From positions 62,001 through 126,000 of the IMG/VR virus record IMGVR_UViG_3300032331_003609: a DNA stretch of 64,000 nt, one strand, 5' to 3'. The position numbers were made by a program, and so were the translations under genes. Of the stretch, positions 37,144-46,447 are shown one piece after another. Positions within the stretch are counted from its first letter, which is position 1. Every line of letters begins with the position of its first letter. The notes beneath the pieces were generated by a model. It made no database searches. It worked only from the letters and a program-made list of their open reading frames with translations, and was not told where the DNA came from.

Positions 37144-38762
37144 CTGTTTAATTTTAATTTATTAACCGGAACATTTACATGTTTACCGAATGGCATCTTA
37201 TGACTAGTAGTCATTGCCCATATCATCTTTCTGTGCCATTTTGGTTTCTCTGGATCTTCTGCCCCTCCGTCAGTGAAGTAAATCATGCAAGCTAAATCTT
37301 TACCTTTTTTGATTAGATTTTCTTCTACCCACTTAATAGGAGGATCGAATCCACCTCCGTTACCCCCAGTAGACATTTGTTTAGATTTATCTAATGGCTG
37401 AGCTGCAGATGCTAATCTATCAATTCCTCCAGAAGGAGGTTCCATACCATCGCTGCAGTAAATGATGTATATCTCTTTTGGCTGGAACGTCTTTAATACA
37501 CTTCTAGATTCTGCTAAGAAAGTATTATATTCATCCTGACCTATACTTCCTGACGTATCAACTGCAATAACTACAGTTCCGAATCCCTCTTCCTTTCCCT
37601 TTAATCCCGGAAGATATATGTCTCTTGATGCATATCTTCTATTAGGTATCTTATACATAGTAGGATCATCATCAGATTCAGATACGTATCTTTGTAAAAT
37701 TTTTCTCCAATCAACCTGTGGGTTTACTAAGTCCTCTATGAATTTCCTAAGAGCCGGAGAAACCCCTCCGCCACCTGTTCCTTTATTGGCTGCTCTTTCT
37801 GTTATCTCCTGTATTTTCTTAGAAATGTCTTTTTTATCTACTGGTTCTTTCTTCTCTATTTTCTCGTCCCAGTCTTTTTTATCCTTGTCTTCACCTTCAT
37901 CACTCCACTCTTCACCAGGTTCTCCCTCTTCGTCAGATAGCTCACCGTCTTCTCCTTCACCATCTCCAGGTTCACCATCTTCACCCTCACCATCTCCGGG
38001 TTCGCCATCTCCAGGTTCGCCATCCCCAGGTTCGCCATCTTCACTCTCACCATCTCCAGGTTCACCGTCTTTACCGTCTCCCTCTTCATCAGATGGCTCA
38101 CCGTCTTCCCCTTTGTCATCTTCTTTACCGTCTTCCTTCTTTTTGTCAAATTCTTTTTTGTCTAATTCTTGATCTTCACCCCTTACAGAATCAAGTTCTC
38201 CCATTATTGTTTCCGATGTTTTTTCTGTGTTTATTTCACCAGGTTCTAAAACATCACAATATGATTTATATGAGCTGTCTCCTCCTGATTTTTCTAATTC
38301 AGAATATATTTCTTCTGCAGATTTTCCTTCAAATTTAGGATCTTTGTATTTAATAGGAAGTATAGATTTTCCTATTCCTTCTAAATATGGCTCAGCTGCT
38401 ATATCGCATGCTTGATTCCATATAGATTGATCCTTATCTTGTTTTCTATCAAAGTGCTGTAGTGCAAGATGTATAATCCCCTGGTTAATTGCCCAGATGA
38501 CTTCATCATCACTCATTTCTAGTACATTTTCTGGATTAAATATAAAAACAGTTCCATCAGTTGAAAAGAATTTGCATTCTTTAGAAACTGCTACTGGAAT
38601 TTCTGATAGTACATTTCCAAAAAATCCTCCTTTCATTAAGATTTTAGAAATACACCTTTTCACCTTCATGATGGATTTTTCGTAATCCTCCTGTGTCATT
38701 CCATAATTGGAAAAGTTTTCCTTTAATAATTGATACTCTTTAAAATTTCTTAGTCTTCTCAT
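37140..38762 (-). CDS. VWA-domain partner of MoxR ATPase (degenerate N-terminal metallopeptidase-like domain, acidic linker, C-terminal VWA)
   Basis: FSTDGT, N.ACDIA, DGEPG repeats, VVIAVDTSGSI, MIYFTDG. Confidence 0.85.
   Translation of the reverse strand: MRRLRNFKEYQLLKENFSNYGMTQEDYEKSIMKVKRCISKILMKGGFFGNVLSEIPVAVSKECKFFSTDGTVFIFNPENVLEMSDDEVIWAINQGIIHLALQHFDRKQDKDQSIWNQACDIAAEPYLEGIGKSILPIKYKDPKFEGKSAEEIYSELEKSGGDSSYKSYCDVLEPGEINTEKTSETIMGELDSVRGEDQELDKKEFDKKKEDGKEDDKGEDGEPSDEEGDGKDGEPGDGESEDGEPGDGEPGDGEPGDGEGEDGEPGDGEGEDGELSDEEGEPGEEWSDEGEDKDKKDWDEKIEKKEPVDKKDISKKIQEITERAANKGTGGGGVSPALRKFIEDLVNPQVDWRKILQRYVSESDDDPTMYKIPNRRYASRDIYLPGLKGKEEGFGTVVIAVDTSGSIGQDEYNTFLAESRSVLKTFQPKEIYIIYCSDGMEPPSGGIDRLASAAQPLDKSKQMSTGGNGGGFDPPIKWVEENLIKKGKDLACMIYFTDGGAEDPEKPKWHRKMIWAMTTSHKMPFGKHVNVPVNKLKLNR
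37900..38115 (-). repeat. Low-complexity (DGEPG)n coding repeat
   Basis: About 15-nt tandem units inside the VWA gene. Confidence 0.8.
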
Positions 38763-38763
38763 A

Positions 38764-40254
38764 TTAGATTTCTTTCATGAAACCCTTATATTTAGTAACA
38801 AAAGGTGTTACATATTGTTCAAGAGAAGTATCTCCTAAATAGTTTTTAACTTCTGGATGTGTTCTCTTAATCATATTTAATCCGCTCATTGCAATTTCTC
38901 CAGAGTTTAAATTTGTTAGATAAGTGATGAAATTGGTAAATTCATCTTTGCTTAACTGCTGTCCCGAATTATATTTAGAAATCATATACATAACAGCATA
39001 AGATTTTCTTAGGTCATATTTGCCAGAGGAAGACATTGGTAATTGTATAGTTGGATCTGTCGGATCAGAAAACACTTTAGTGATTCTATTAATAGGCCAA
39101 ACCTTAGTTGTCTCTAAGAAGTCTGTGATAACTGAAGATACTTTTTTTCCAAGATGCTTATTGAATATCTTAGATATTTCCAATTCACTTAATTGAGTAC
39201 CGTTTGTCTCTGCTTCTTCTTTTCTGTCCTGATATTCTCTAGCTGCATAATCCCATGCTCTAGGTGTAACACCCATTGTTGTATCATAGGATGATAAAGA
39301 TCCTGGCATCATATAGAAATACTCCTGCATTAAATCAACAAATGAAACCACATCATCGCTTAATCCTTTTTTTCTTGCCCAGCCTGTCCAACTCGAAGGA
39401 TCAGATATAAGATTTACCTGTGCAAATCTATTAGCAAGTGCAAAACTCATTGGTCTAATTAATCCTCCTGGTTCATCTTCTGGTCTATTTGCAGCAGCAA
39501 GAATTAACCATTTGCTAGGTATCTTATAATTAGCACCTGCGATTTCTCTGTCTAGTACAACTTTAAGCATTGCAGCTTGAACCGACGGATGAGCTCTGTT
39601 GATCTCATCTAGGAATATAATTCCGCCTTTATCATCTGGACCATTATCTAATGGCCATATCATAGGAAGGTAATTTACAGATCTTTTAACATCACCATAT
39701 TTTTTATCAGCTTCTGCTCCAGGTAGACCTGCAACGTCAGTTGGCTCCATCAGACTAAGAATAACCTCTATTACAGGAACACCCATATCTTCAAGACCAA
39801 ATGACTTTACTATCGAGGTTTTTCCTATTCCAGGAGCACCCCAAATTAAAAGGGGTCTTCCAGATTCTGGGTTTTTAAAATGATATGTTAACTCCTTTTT
39901 AAGTTCAGGTGCGCTGACATCATCTATTTCTGGATCTTGTGTCTTTTGTGCAATCTTCCAAGCTGGATCTGATTCGCTCATTTCGTTTTCAAATTTTCTT
40001 GTGAATTTATAATCGCTTCCTTTTGCTCCTTCAGGAAGATGTATCTTTATGAATGGCTCTGGTGATGCCTTGTCATCAAAGCTTTCCGATTCAGGATTAT
40101 ACTTCTTATCCCTAACAGGAATTTCATTCTTATCCTGAGCTTTTACTAAATTCATTAGCCAATTTCCAGCTTTTCTAGCAATATCAACCCCTTTCGAAAA
40201 AAGATTAGCCTCATTTACCGAGTTGAATGTTTTAAAGTTCTGTATTCTTTTCAT
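38764..40254 (-). CDS. MoxR-family AAA+ ATPase
   Basis: WGAPGIGKT, IIFLDEINRA, AAANR, ALANRF. Confidence 0.92.
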   Translation of the reverse strand: MKRIQNFKTFNSVNEANLFSKGVDIARKAGNWLMNLVKAQDKNEIPVRDKKYNPESESFDDKASPEPFIKIHLPEGAKGSDYKFTRKFENEMSESDPAWKIAQKTQDPEIDDVSAPELKKELTYHFKNPESGRPLLIWGAPGIGKTSIVKSFGLEDMGVPVIEVILSLMEPTDVAGLPGAEADKKYGDVKRSVNYLPMIWPLDNGPDDKGGIIFLDEINRAHPSVQAAMLKVVLDREIAGANYKIPSKWLILAAANRPEDEPGGLIRPMSFALANRFAQVNLISDPSSWTGWARKKGLSDDVVSFVDLMQEYFYMMPGSLSSYDTTMGVTPRAWDYAAREYQDRKEEAETNGTQLSELEISKIFNKHLGKKVSSVITDFLETTKVWPINRITKVFSDPTDPTIQLPMSSSGKYDLRKSYAVMYMISKYNSGQQLSKDEFTNFITYLTNLNSGEIAMSGLNMIKRTHPEVKNYLGDTSLEQYVTPFVTKYKGFMKEI

Positions 40255-40266
40255 TTATTATTTTTA

Positions 40267-41082
40267 TTAATCTTCAAAAAATCCTGCTGATTTTAGATCA
40301 CTAAGATTGTCTATTGTTTTTGCAACCTCTTCGGTTCCAGTTTCTTTTGCTAGTGATGATATTTTTTCAAATGTTCCTTCTGAGAAGTTTAGTTCTACAA
40401 ATCCTGAAGGATTTTTTGTGAACATCTTTAGTAGAAGCTCTGTAGAATCATAATTTTTAGCTATTTCTTGATCCTCAAACTTTAATCCAATATCTTCAGA
40501 GCTTGCTGCAAATAATTCTTTAATAAGTTTAGCAGCTTCCTCTATTCCACCAAATGCCAAATATGTTAGGGTTTTATTGGAGGAAAATCCATTTCCTATT
40601 TTTCTTCCCTTAATATCGTCAATATTCTCTTCGTCCCATCCTTCTTTTTTCATTAACTCCTCTAGAATTAATGCGTTTCCTGATTTAAAGTAATATCCTG
40701 CGTTTTGCCCAAATCCAGGGACTTTAGCAGTTATTGATGCTACACCTGTTGCTGCACCTGTAGTAAATTCGTCTCCGCCATTCATTACTATAATTCCATC
40801 ATTTGCTGGGGATTTTGTATATCTCATATGCCCTGATACCCCATATTTAGCTCCCATCATATATGGGCTTTTCATTAATTCATTTGTTTCTACAGTTGCA
40901 GGTACAACCAAATAACCAGCTACGCCAGCATTACTTCTTTGCGAAGGCAATAATAGTTTAGAATTCGGGATGTCAGTATCTACAGATTTAAAATTCTTAT
41001 CTACTGGGACAAATACAAATGCACTTAATGATCCAAATGCACCCTCATTTAAAAATCCTTTAAAATTTAAAACTTTTCCCAT
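40267..41082 (-). CDS. Hypothetical protein with capsid-targeting-like N-terminus (MGKVLNFKGFLNE)
   Basis: Start placed 5 nt after GATATATA (41088-41095, minus strand). Confidence 0.65.
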   Translation of the reverse strand: MGKVLNFKGFLNEGAFGSLSAFVFVPVDKNFKSVDTDIPNSKLLLPSQRSNAGVAGYLVVPATVETNELMKSPYMMGAKYGVSGHMRYTKSPANDGIIVMNGGDEFTTGAATGVASITAKVPGFGQNAGYYFKSGNALILEELMKKEGWDEENIDDIKGRKIGNGFSSNKTLTYLAFGGIEEAAKLIKELFAASSEDIGLKFEDQEIAKNYDSTELLLKMFTKNPSGFVELNFSEGTFEKISSLAKETGTEEVAKTIDNLSDLKSAGFFED

Positions 41083-41165
41083 TTGTTTATATATCAAAAA
41101 ATAAATGCCTGATGTTTGAAATATTTCTTCCTTTTTGGGATAGAAATACAAGATAAAACACCATA

Positions 41166-41945
41166 ATGAAGGCTTTCGGAAAATTTAACACCGCTATTGA
41201 TTGGACAAAAGATAAAATGAATGACTTCTGCTATGAGGTTCACACAGAAAAATGGCAAGGTAAGGATATAAAAAATGACGATAAATTCGCCATGATTGAG
41301 ATCCTAAATCATTCATTTACATGCACTATGGTAGAAGATATTCCGGAATTAGTGGAGCAGATTAAGCCTAACCTACCATGGGCAGATGATCATTTTGAAG
41401 AAAGGGTCAGCGGCAAACCATTAAATCCTCCTCCATCTCACAATTGGTGGCCATTTGCTCAAAAGAATAATGCAGAATTTGGGGGAACAACTAAATTTTC
41501 CCATACCTACCCCGAAAGAATGTGGCCAAAGTATGCTAATGATGCAGAAATACCTCACGAGGGAATAAGATTTAATTACGGCGATTTTGATGATGTTATA
41601 GATTTATTGACCAAAGAACCTTTTACCAGGCAGGCATTTTTACCTATTTGGTTTCCTGAAGATACCGGAGGGGCAAACGGAGAAAGAGTCCCGTGTACAA
41701 TTGGCTATCATTTTATCAGAAGACATAACTATCTCCACATTGTTTACTATATTAGATCTTGCGATTTCTTTAGACATTTTAGAGACGACATCTATTTAGC
41801 ATGTAGGAAGGTTATTTGGCTTCTTGAAAGATTAAGAGAGAAAGATCCAGATTCTTGGAATGACGTGAAGCCTGGTATGTATACGATGCATATAACATCA
41901 TTACATGCATTTAAGCACGAAAAATTCTTATTGAAGAAAAAGTAA
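41166..41945 (+). CDS. Thymidylate synthase-family enzyme, likely dCMP-modifying
   Basis: TRQA, VPCT, YIRSCD..HFRDDIY. Confidence 0.85.
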   Translation: MKAFGKFNTAIDWTKDKMNDFCYEVHTEKWQGKDIKNDDKFAMIEILNHSFTCTMVEDIPELVEQIKPNLPWADDHFEERVSGKPLNPPPSHNWWPFAQKNNAEFGGTTKFSHTYPERMWPKYANDAEIPHEGIRFNYGDFDDVIDLLTKEPFTRQAFLPIWFPEDTGGANGERVPCTIGYHFIRRHNYLHIVYYIRSCDFFRHFRDDIYLACRKVIWLLERLREKDPDSWNDVKPGMYTMHITSLHAFKHEKFLLKKK

Positions 41946-42000
41946 AACATTTTTATCTGTCGAATAATCTTTTTATATTTACGTCTAAACTTTAAAATAA

Positions 42001-42252
42001 ATGGCCGATTTTTGTAACAAATGCGCTGAAGAAATGGGATTTCCAACCCCTGATATTGATGTGTATAAAATATTTGATTCTTTACAACCTGGATTTTTTG
42101 AAAACCATATTTGTGAAGGATGCGGATTTGTTGGAATAGCAAAGAGCGAAAATGATGAGCTATTTGTGATACACCAAAACGGAGATGGTGAATCAGTTTT
42201 TTACAACTATGAAAAATATGAGGGATTAAAAACAGACGACAATGAACGATAG
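42001..42252 (+). CDS. Hypothetical Zn-finger-like protein
   Basis: CNKC ... CEGC. Confidence 0.6.
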   Translation: MADFCNKCAEEMGFPTPDIDVYKIFDSLQPGFFENHICEGCGFVGIAKSENDELFVIHQNGDGESVFYNYEKYEGLKTDDNER

Positions 42253-42787
42253 CCCATCATACCTTAGAGCATCATTAAAGACTAACAAGCCTCTCGTATA
42301 TGTTGACATGGACGGGGTGTTATGTGACTTTGATAAAAGACATGAAGAATTGATGTCCAAAGGAATAAATCAATTCCAAGCATTTAATCACGCATTTGCT
42401 TTTAAGGATTTAGATCCAATACCAGGAGCAATAGAAGCCTGGCAATCTTTACAAGAAAAATATGATACCTATATTCTTTCTACTGCTATGTGGTCTAATA
42501 CGTATGCATGGACAGATAAAAGAATATGGGTTCAAAAGTACTTAGGAAAAAGTGCAAACAAAAAACTAATACTATCGCACAATAAAGGATTATTAAGAGG
42601 CGATTATTTAATAGATGATAGAATTGCTAACGGTGTAGCGGATTTCGAGGGTGAACATATACATTTTGGAACTGAAAAATTTCCATCATGGAAACAGGTT
42701 TTAGACTATTTACTAACCACAGAGGAAAAAGAGAATGAAGAAAATCAAAACGATGATATGGCACAGAATAAAGCGTTATCTAAGTAA
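42242..42787 (+). CDS. 5'(3')-deoxyribonucleotidase (NT5C, HAD)
   Basis: YVDMDGVLCDF, K.LL.GDYLIDD. Confidence 0.9.
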   Translation: MNDSPSYLRASLKTNKPLVYVDMDGVLCDFDKRHEELMSKGINQFQAFNHAFAFKDLDPIPGAIEAWQSLQEKYDTYILSTAMWSNTYAWTDKRIWVQKYLGKSANKKLILSHNKGLLRGDYLIDDRIANGVADFEGEHIHFGTEKFPSWKQVLDYLLTTEEKENEENQNDDMAQNKALSK

Positions 42788-43160
42788 GAGAAGAAAATTT
42801 GAATTTAGAAAAGCTATTTCCGGTTTAAAAGAGAACCAATCTAAAATAGTAGACATAGCAAATTATTTAATGTCCAACAAAGGATCTAAATTAGTTTATT
42901 CGGCTATTTCAGAAACTTTCTTCATAGAGTATAAGGATGTAATTTGCCGAATAGAGAGTGATAGAATTATTATAACCAACGGATTATATTCATACGATAT
43001 TTCAATACCACATGCTATAACACTTGATTTAACTAAAAGATTTTTAAACCATTTGGAGTCAAGAAAAAGAGCAGTAGAGAGAAAAATAAATCTAAAATTG
43101 ACATCCTCTTTAGGGAAAGTACATCAACAAATAATTTCCGTGTCTGAGTCTGGTATTTAA
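42735..43160 (+). CDS. Hypothetical protein
   Basis: ORF in operon context. Confidence 0.6.
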   Translation: MKKIKTMIWHRIKRYLSKRRKFEFRKAISGLKENQSKIVDIANYLMSNKGSKLVYSAISETFFIEYKDVICRIESDRIIITNGLYSYDISIPHAITLDLTKRFLNHLESRKRAVERKINLKLTSSLGKVHQQIISVSESGI

Positions 43161-43169
43161 AAAAATATA

Positions 43170-43862
43170 TTATGTTGGCTGTGGAGGCATTGATCTTATA
43201 AATTCTGCCCAGCTTTCATCTCCGGTTGAAGCAATTCTAGGATCCATCATTTTTTCTGCATACGATGCCTTTCCCCCCGGAATGAGCCATTCTCCAACCT
43301 TTATCATAGTTTTATATCCTCTTCTTCCTCCTGCAGTAGCAATTTTTCCAAGTGCACCAGTTGTTTTTCCGGTGGCCGAAAATTCTTTAAGGGATACTAA
43401 CATTTTATCAGTATACTTTCCAATTCCTTTGAATTTGGAAAGAAATGATGAGCTTTTGAAAAATCCAACAATTTTTGGGAAGAATTTTCCTACCAATTTA
43501 ACAACAGGTGAAAGGATCTTAGCCCCTATTTTTCCTCCTCCTCTTAAAGCCTTTATAAGAAGTGATCCCCCTGCTCCAATATATTGCCCGAATATCGGAA
43601 TAAGTCCTATTGCACATAATCCAGCAAGTAGGTATTCCCCCTGTTTAGCATAAGAAACAAGATTTATTCCTTCAAAAAATGATCCAATACCCGGTATTAA
43701 AGCTGCAAAATCGAACACCGTGTTCCACCAATGTTCAAAAAGATTCTCACTGAAATCAACAGATTCAAACATCTTAAGATTTTCTGATATCTGATCCTTG
43801 CTAAATTCAAAGCTTTCTATTAGGCCTGATCTATATTCGCTATAAGTAGACAAAAAATTCAT
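43170..43862 (-). CDS. Protein with capsid-targeting-like N-terminus and pre-toxin TG-like hydrophobic domain
   Basis: FDFAALIPGIGSFFEGIN..Y..QGEY..AGL..IGLIP.FG. Confidence 0.55.
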   Translation of the reverse strand: MNFLSTYSEYRSGLIESFEFSKDQISENLKMFESVDFSENLFEHWWNTVFDFAALIPGIGSFFEGINLVSYAKQGEYLLAGLCAIGLIPIFGQYIGAGGSLLIKALRGGGKIGAKILSPVVKLVGKFFPKIVGFFKSSSFLSKFKGIGKYTDKMLVSLKEFSATGKTTGALGKIATAGGRRGYKTMIKVGEWLIPGGKASYAEKMMDPRIASTGDESWAEFIRSMPPQPT

Positions 43863-43904
43863 ATTTTTATATATCCGCTACTGTATTTAAATATATATAA
43901 TCAG

Positions 43905-44564
43905 ATGAAAACTTTAAAGACATATAAAAACTTTCTTAACGAAGGAATTTTAGATCAGATCTTTGGCGGGGAGGTCGACCAGAAAGCAAATACTGAATTA
44001 GTTCCTCAGGAAAAAGAGGTGGCAACACAGCAATTAATAGATTTTTTAGGTAAAAAAATAGGAAATGCTGAAGATTCCCCGATTTATGTTTTTAGTCAGT
44101 CCGATTCGGTTCAAGACCTCTACATATCAGTTGAGCTTTTTAATGAAGCTAGGAGATTAGGGTTTGAGGCTGAGAAACAAGGCACTCTATACACTGCATC
44201 AGGGAGATATTCATATTCGGTTTTGGATTGTTCTTCTATGCAATCATTTGACCTAGAAGGAGTGAGATCTGGCCTTTATAACATAATAAAAAAGAACGAG
44301 TCAGGCGGGATAAAAACAATTATCGAATTTGCAAATATTTCATCGCTACAAAAAGATCAGATATCCAATATATGTGATATTATATCCTCCAGACAAATAT
44401 CTGACCATTCATTAAAATCCGGGGATTTTTTCATTTTATCCGATAATAGTAGCAATCGCAAGGGGGGAAAGGACATTTCAAATTTTATCCCATCTTTATT
44501 TCCCAAAATAGCAGTAGAAAAATTTAAACACATATTTTTAACACAGGTTAAAGATCCAGCATAG
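43905..44564 (+). CDS. Degenerate (probably inactive) MoxR-AAA paralogue with capsid-targeting-like N-terminus
   Basis: By-eye alignment to 38764..40254; Walker motifs lost. Confidence 0.55.
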   Translation: MKTLKTYKNFLNEGILDQIFGGEVDQKANTELVPQEKEVATQQLIDFLGKKIGNAEDSPIYVFSQSDSVQDLYISVELFNEARRLGFEAEKQGTLYTASGRYSYSVLDCSSMQSFDLEGVRSGLYNIIKKNESGGIKTIIEFANISSLQKDQISNICDIISSRQISDHSLKSGDFFILSDNSSNRKGGKDISNFIPSLFPKIAVEKFKHIFLTQVKDPA

Positions 44565-44610
44565 ATTTGAAACATTTTTTAAATTCGTAAAATCCTTGTA
44601 TATTTGTATC

Positions 44611-44838
44611 ATGGAAAATATAAATATCATAAAGGAAGATATTCAGATAATAGATGATTCTATATCAGAAGCTTATAACAATCTATACGAGTGCTTAGAA
44701 TCGCCTAATATAGATTATATTCTTTTAAAAAATGATGCAAAGAAGACATTAAGATCCATGCTAGATCATTTTAGTAATCAGGAAGAATACGAGAAATGCT
44801 CATTAATTTCCTCTATTTTAAAAAAATACGAACAATAA
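44611..44838 (+). CDS. Hypothetical protein with UVR-like C-terminal helix
   Basis: EEYEKCSLI; TATATTTG at 44599. Confidence 0.55.
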   Translation: MENINIIKEDIQIIDDSISEAYNNLYECLESPNIDYILLKNDAKKTLRSMLDHFSNQEEYEKCSLISSILKKYEQ

Positions 44839-44905
44839 GAACAATTTTTAAGGGAAATTATTGGAGTAAGGAATATATAAGACGTAAAGAAATATAAAAC
44901 ATTCT

Positions 44906-45289
44906 ATGCAGAACTTAAAACAAATGGAGGATTACAAAAAAGATAAGCTTTCCAAAGCAGCTCAAGGTGATGATTTAAATACACCTGATGTATCTGCTGA
45001 TACTGATATGGGTATGGAGCCAGAAATCGATTCTACTGACGAATTTCCAGTAGATGAGCCAGCAACAGATACATTTTCTGCTGAGGACCCTGCTCATTTA
45101 GAGGTAGAAGCTAATGCTCCTAGACCTTATATGGTAATTACTAATCTTAAAAAGATCGCAGATCAAGCTAATCAATTAATAGGAATGGTACAGGCATCAG
45201 GTAAAGTTGAGCAATGGGCAGTAGATCACATCACGACATCTGCTGATGACGTTGAAGAAGTATTCAACTATTACAAGTATAAAGATTAA
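44906..45289 (+). CDS. Hypothetical protein (acidic linker)
   Basis: AATATATA upstream, terminator downstream. Confidence 0.65.
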   Translation: MQNLKQMEDYKKDKLSKAAQGDDLNTPDVSADTDMGMEPEIDSTDEFPVDEPATDTFSAEDPAHLEVEANAPRPYMVITNLKKIADQANQLIGMVQASGKVEQWAVDHITTSADDVEEVFNYYKYKD

Positions 45290-45307
45290 CTTTTTTAACT
45301 AATATTT

Positions 45308-45336
45308 AAAAGCCTCGGAAACCCCGGGGCTTTTTT
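45308..45336 (+). terminator. Intrinsic terminator
   Basis: GCCTCGG/CCGGGGC stem plus T6. Confidence 0.8.
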
Positions 45337-45364
45337 ATTGTATAATAGTTAAATATAAAAAAGC

Positions 45365-45634
45365 ATGATCGACCGTAATTTCAGAAAAGTTAAAAACATC
45401 GAAAAAGATCTCCAAAAGTATTACAGAGATTATTTTGAAAGAAATGCAACAAAATTTATTTGGAAGTGGCCTTATAAGATGTCGGATCTAGGAGCAACCT
45501 TTATCTACGAAAATGAGGAATACACATTAATTGGTCAAATAAGCGAGGCAACATTTTTTCTTAAAAAAAGCGATGATGAATCTCAATGGTTTGTTGCTGG
45601 CCATATATTTCAGGATAAATTCACTAGAAAATAG
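45365..45634 (+). CDS. Hypothetical protein
   Basis: ORF track. Confidence 0.6.
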   Translation: MIDRNFRKVKNIEKDLQKYYRDYFERNATKFIWKWPYKMSDLGATFIYENEEYTLIGQISEATFFLKKSDDESQWFVAGHIFQDKFTRK

Positions 45635-45645
45635 AAAAATAATAG

Positions 45646-46107
45646 GTGTCAGTGAGGGAGTTTAAAAAAATTGGCAGTAGCGAAACTGTGGACCTATTAA
45701 AATATGTTAAATACATATTAGAAAAAAATCCAGAGACAAAAATCTATATTGGATGTGACAGCCAGAGCTATTCGGGTAAAACCATTTACGTAACAACTGT
45801 TGTTTTTAGATATGATAATAGGGGCGCACATGTTATTTATAAGAAAGAGATACTTCCCAAGGTAAAGGATATGTGGACCAAATTGTGGGGGGAATTACAA
45901 AGATCTATAGATATTGCGGGTTACCTTAGGATAGAAGGAGGTATTAATATACATCAAATAGATCTAGATTATAATAATAACCCAAAATATAGATCTAACA
46001 TGATTGTAAAGACAGCTATTGGATATATGGAAAGCATGGGATATAACTATGCAATAAAACCAGAAACACTTATAGCTATTAGCGTTGCTAATGAACTTTG
46101 CAGATGA
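45646..46107 (+). CDS. RNase H-like YkuK/DUF458 family protein
   Basis: IYIGCDSQ, L..E..RS, IDLDYN. Confidence 0.8.
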   Translation: MSVREFKKIGSSETVDLLKYVKYILEKNPETKIYIGCDSQSYSGKTIYVTTVVFRYDNRGAHVIYKKEILPKVKDMWTKLWGELQRSIDIAGYLRIEGGINIHQIDLDYNNNPKYRSNMIVKTAIGYMESMGYNYAIKPETLIAISVANELCR

Positions 46108-46153
46108 AACAATAGATTGAAATGGATATATAATACTTAAATTAAAAACAATT

Positions 46154-46324
46154 ATGAAAAAAACACTAGCAATTTTAGCAGTTTTAGCATTAACATCATG
46201 TGGAAACGGAGCTAACAATGAGGCAACTGCAGATTCAACTGCTGCTCAAGTTGATTCATCTGCAATATCTGCAACTGATTCTACAACTGCGCAAATTCCA
46301 ACAGACAGCACAGAAAAGAAATAA
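46154..46324 (+). CDS. Small lipoprotein (56 aa) with repeated D-S-T motifs
   Basis: MKK-hydrophobic-LTSC lipobox; DST x3; GATATATA upstream; terminator downstream. Confidence 0.8.
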   Translation: MKKTLAILAVLALTSCGNGANNEATADSTAAQVDSSAISATDSTTAQIPTDSTEKK

Positions 46325-46341
46325 CTGGTCTTAAAAAATAG

Positions 46342-46369
46342 AAAAGCAGGTTTTTACCTGCTTTTTTTT
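46342..46369 (+). terminator. Intrinsic terminator
   Basis: GCAGGT/ACCTGC stem plus T8. Confidence 0.8.
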
Positions 46370-46447
46370 GTGGGTAATGAAAATGGTTCAATAAAATCGG
46401 AAATCTAATCAGTCTATTGTCTATAATGATCAAATAATTAATGAATT

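Noticed and set aside
37618-38415. Ser/Pro-rich antisense ORFs over the VWA linker
   Set aside because: Antisense of the DGEPG low-complexity repeat
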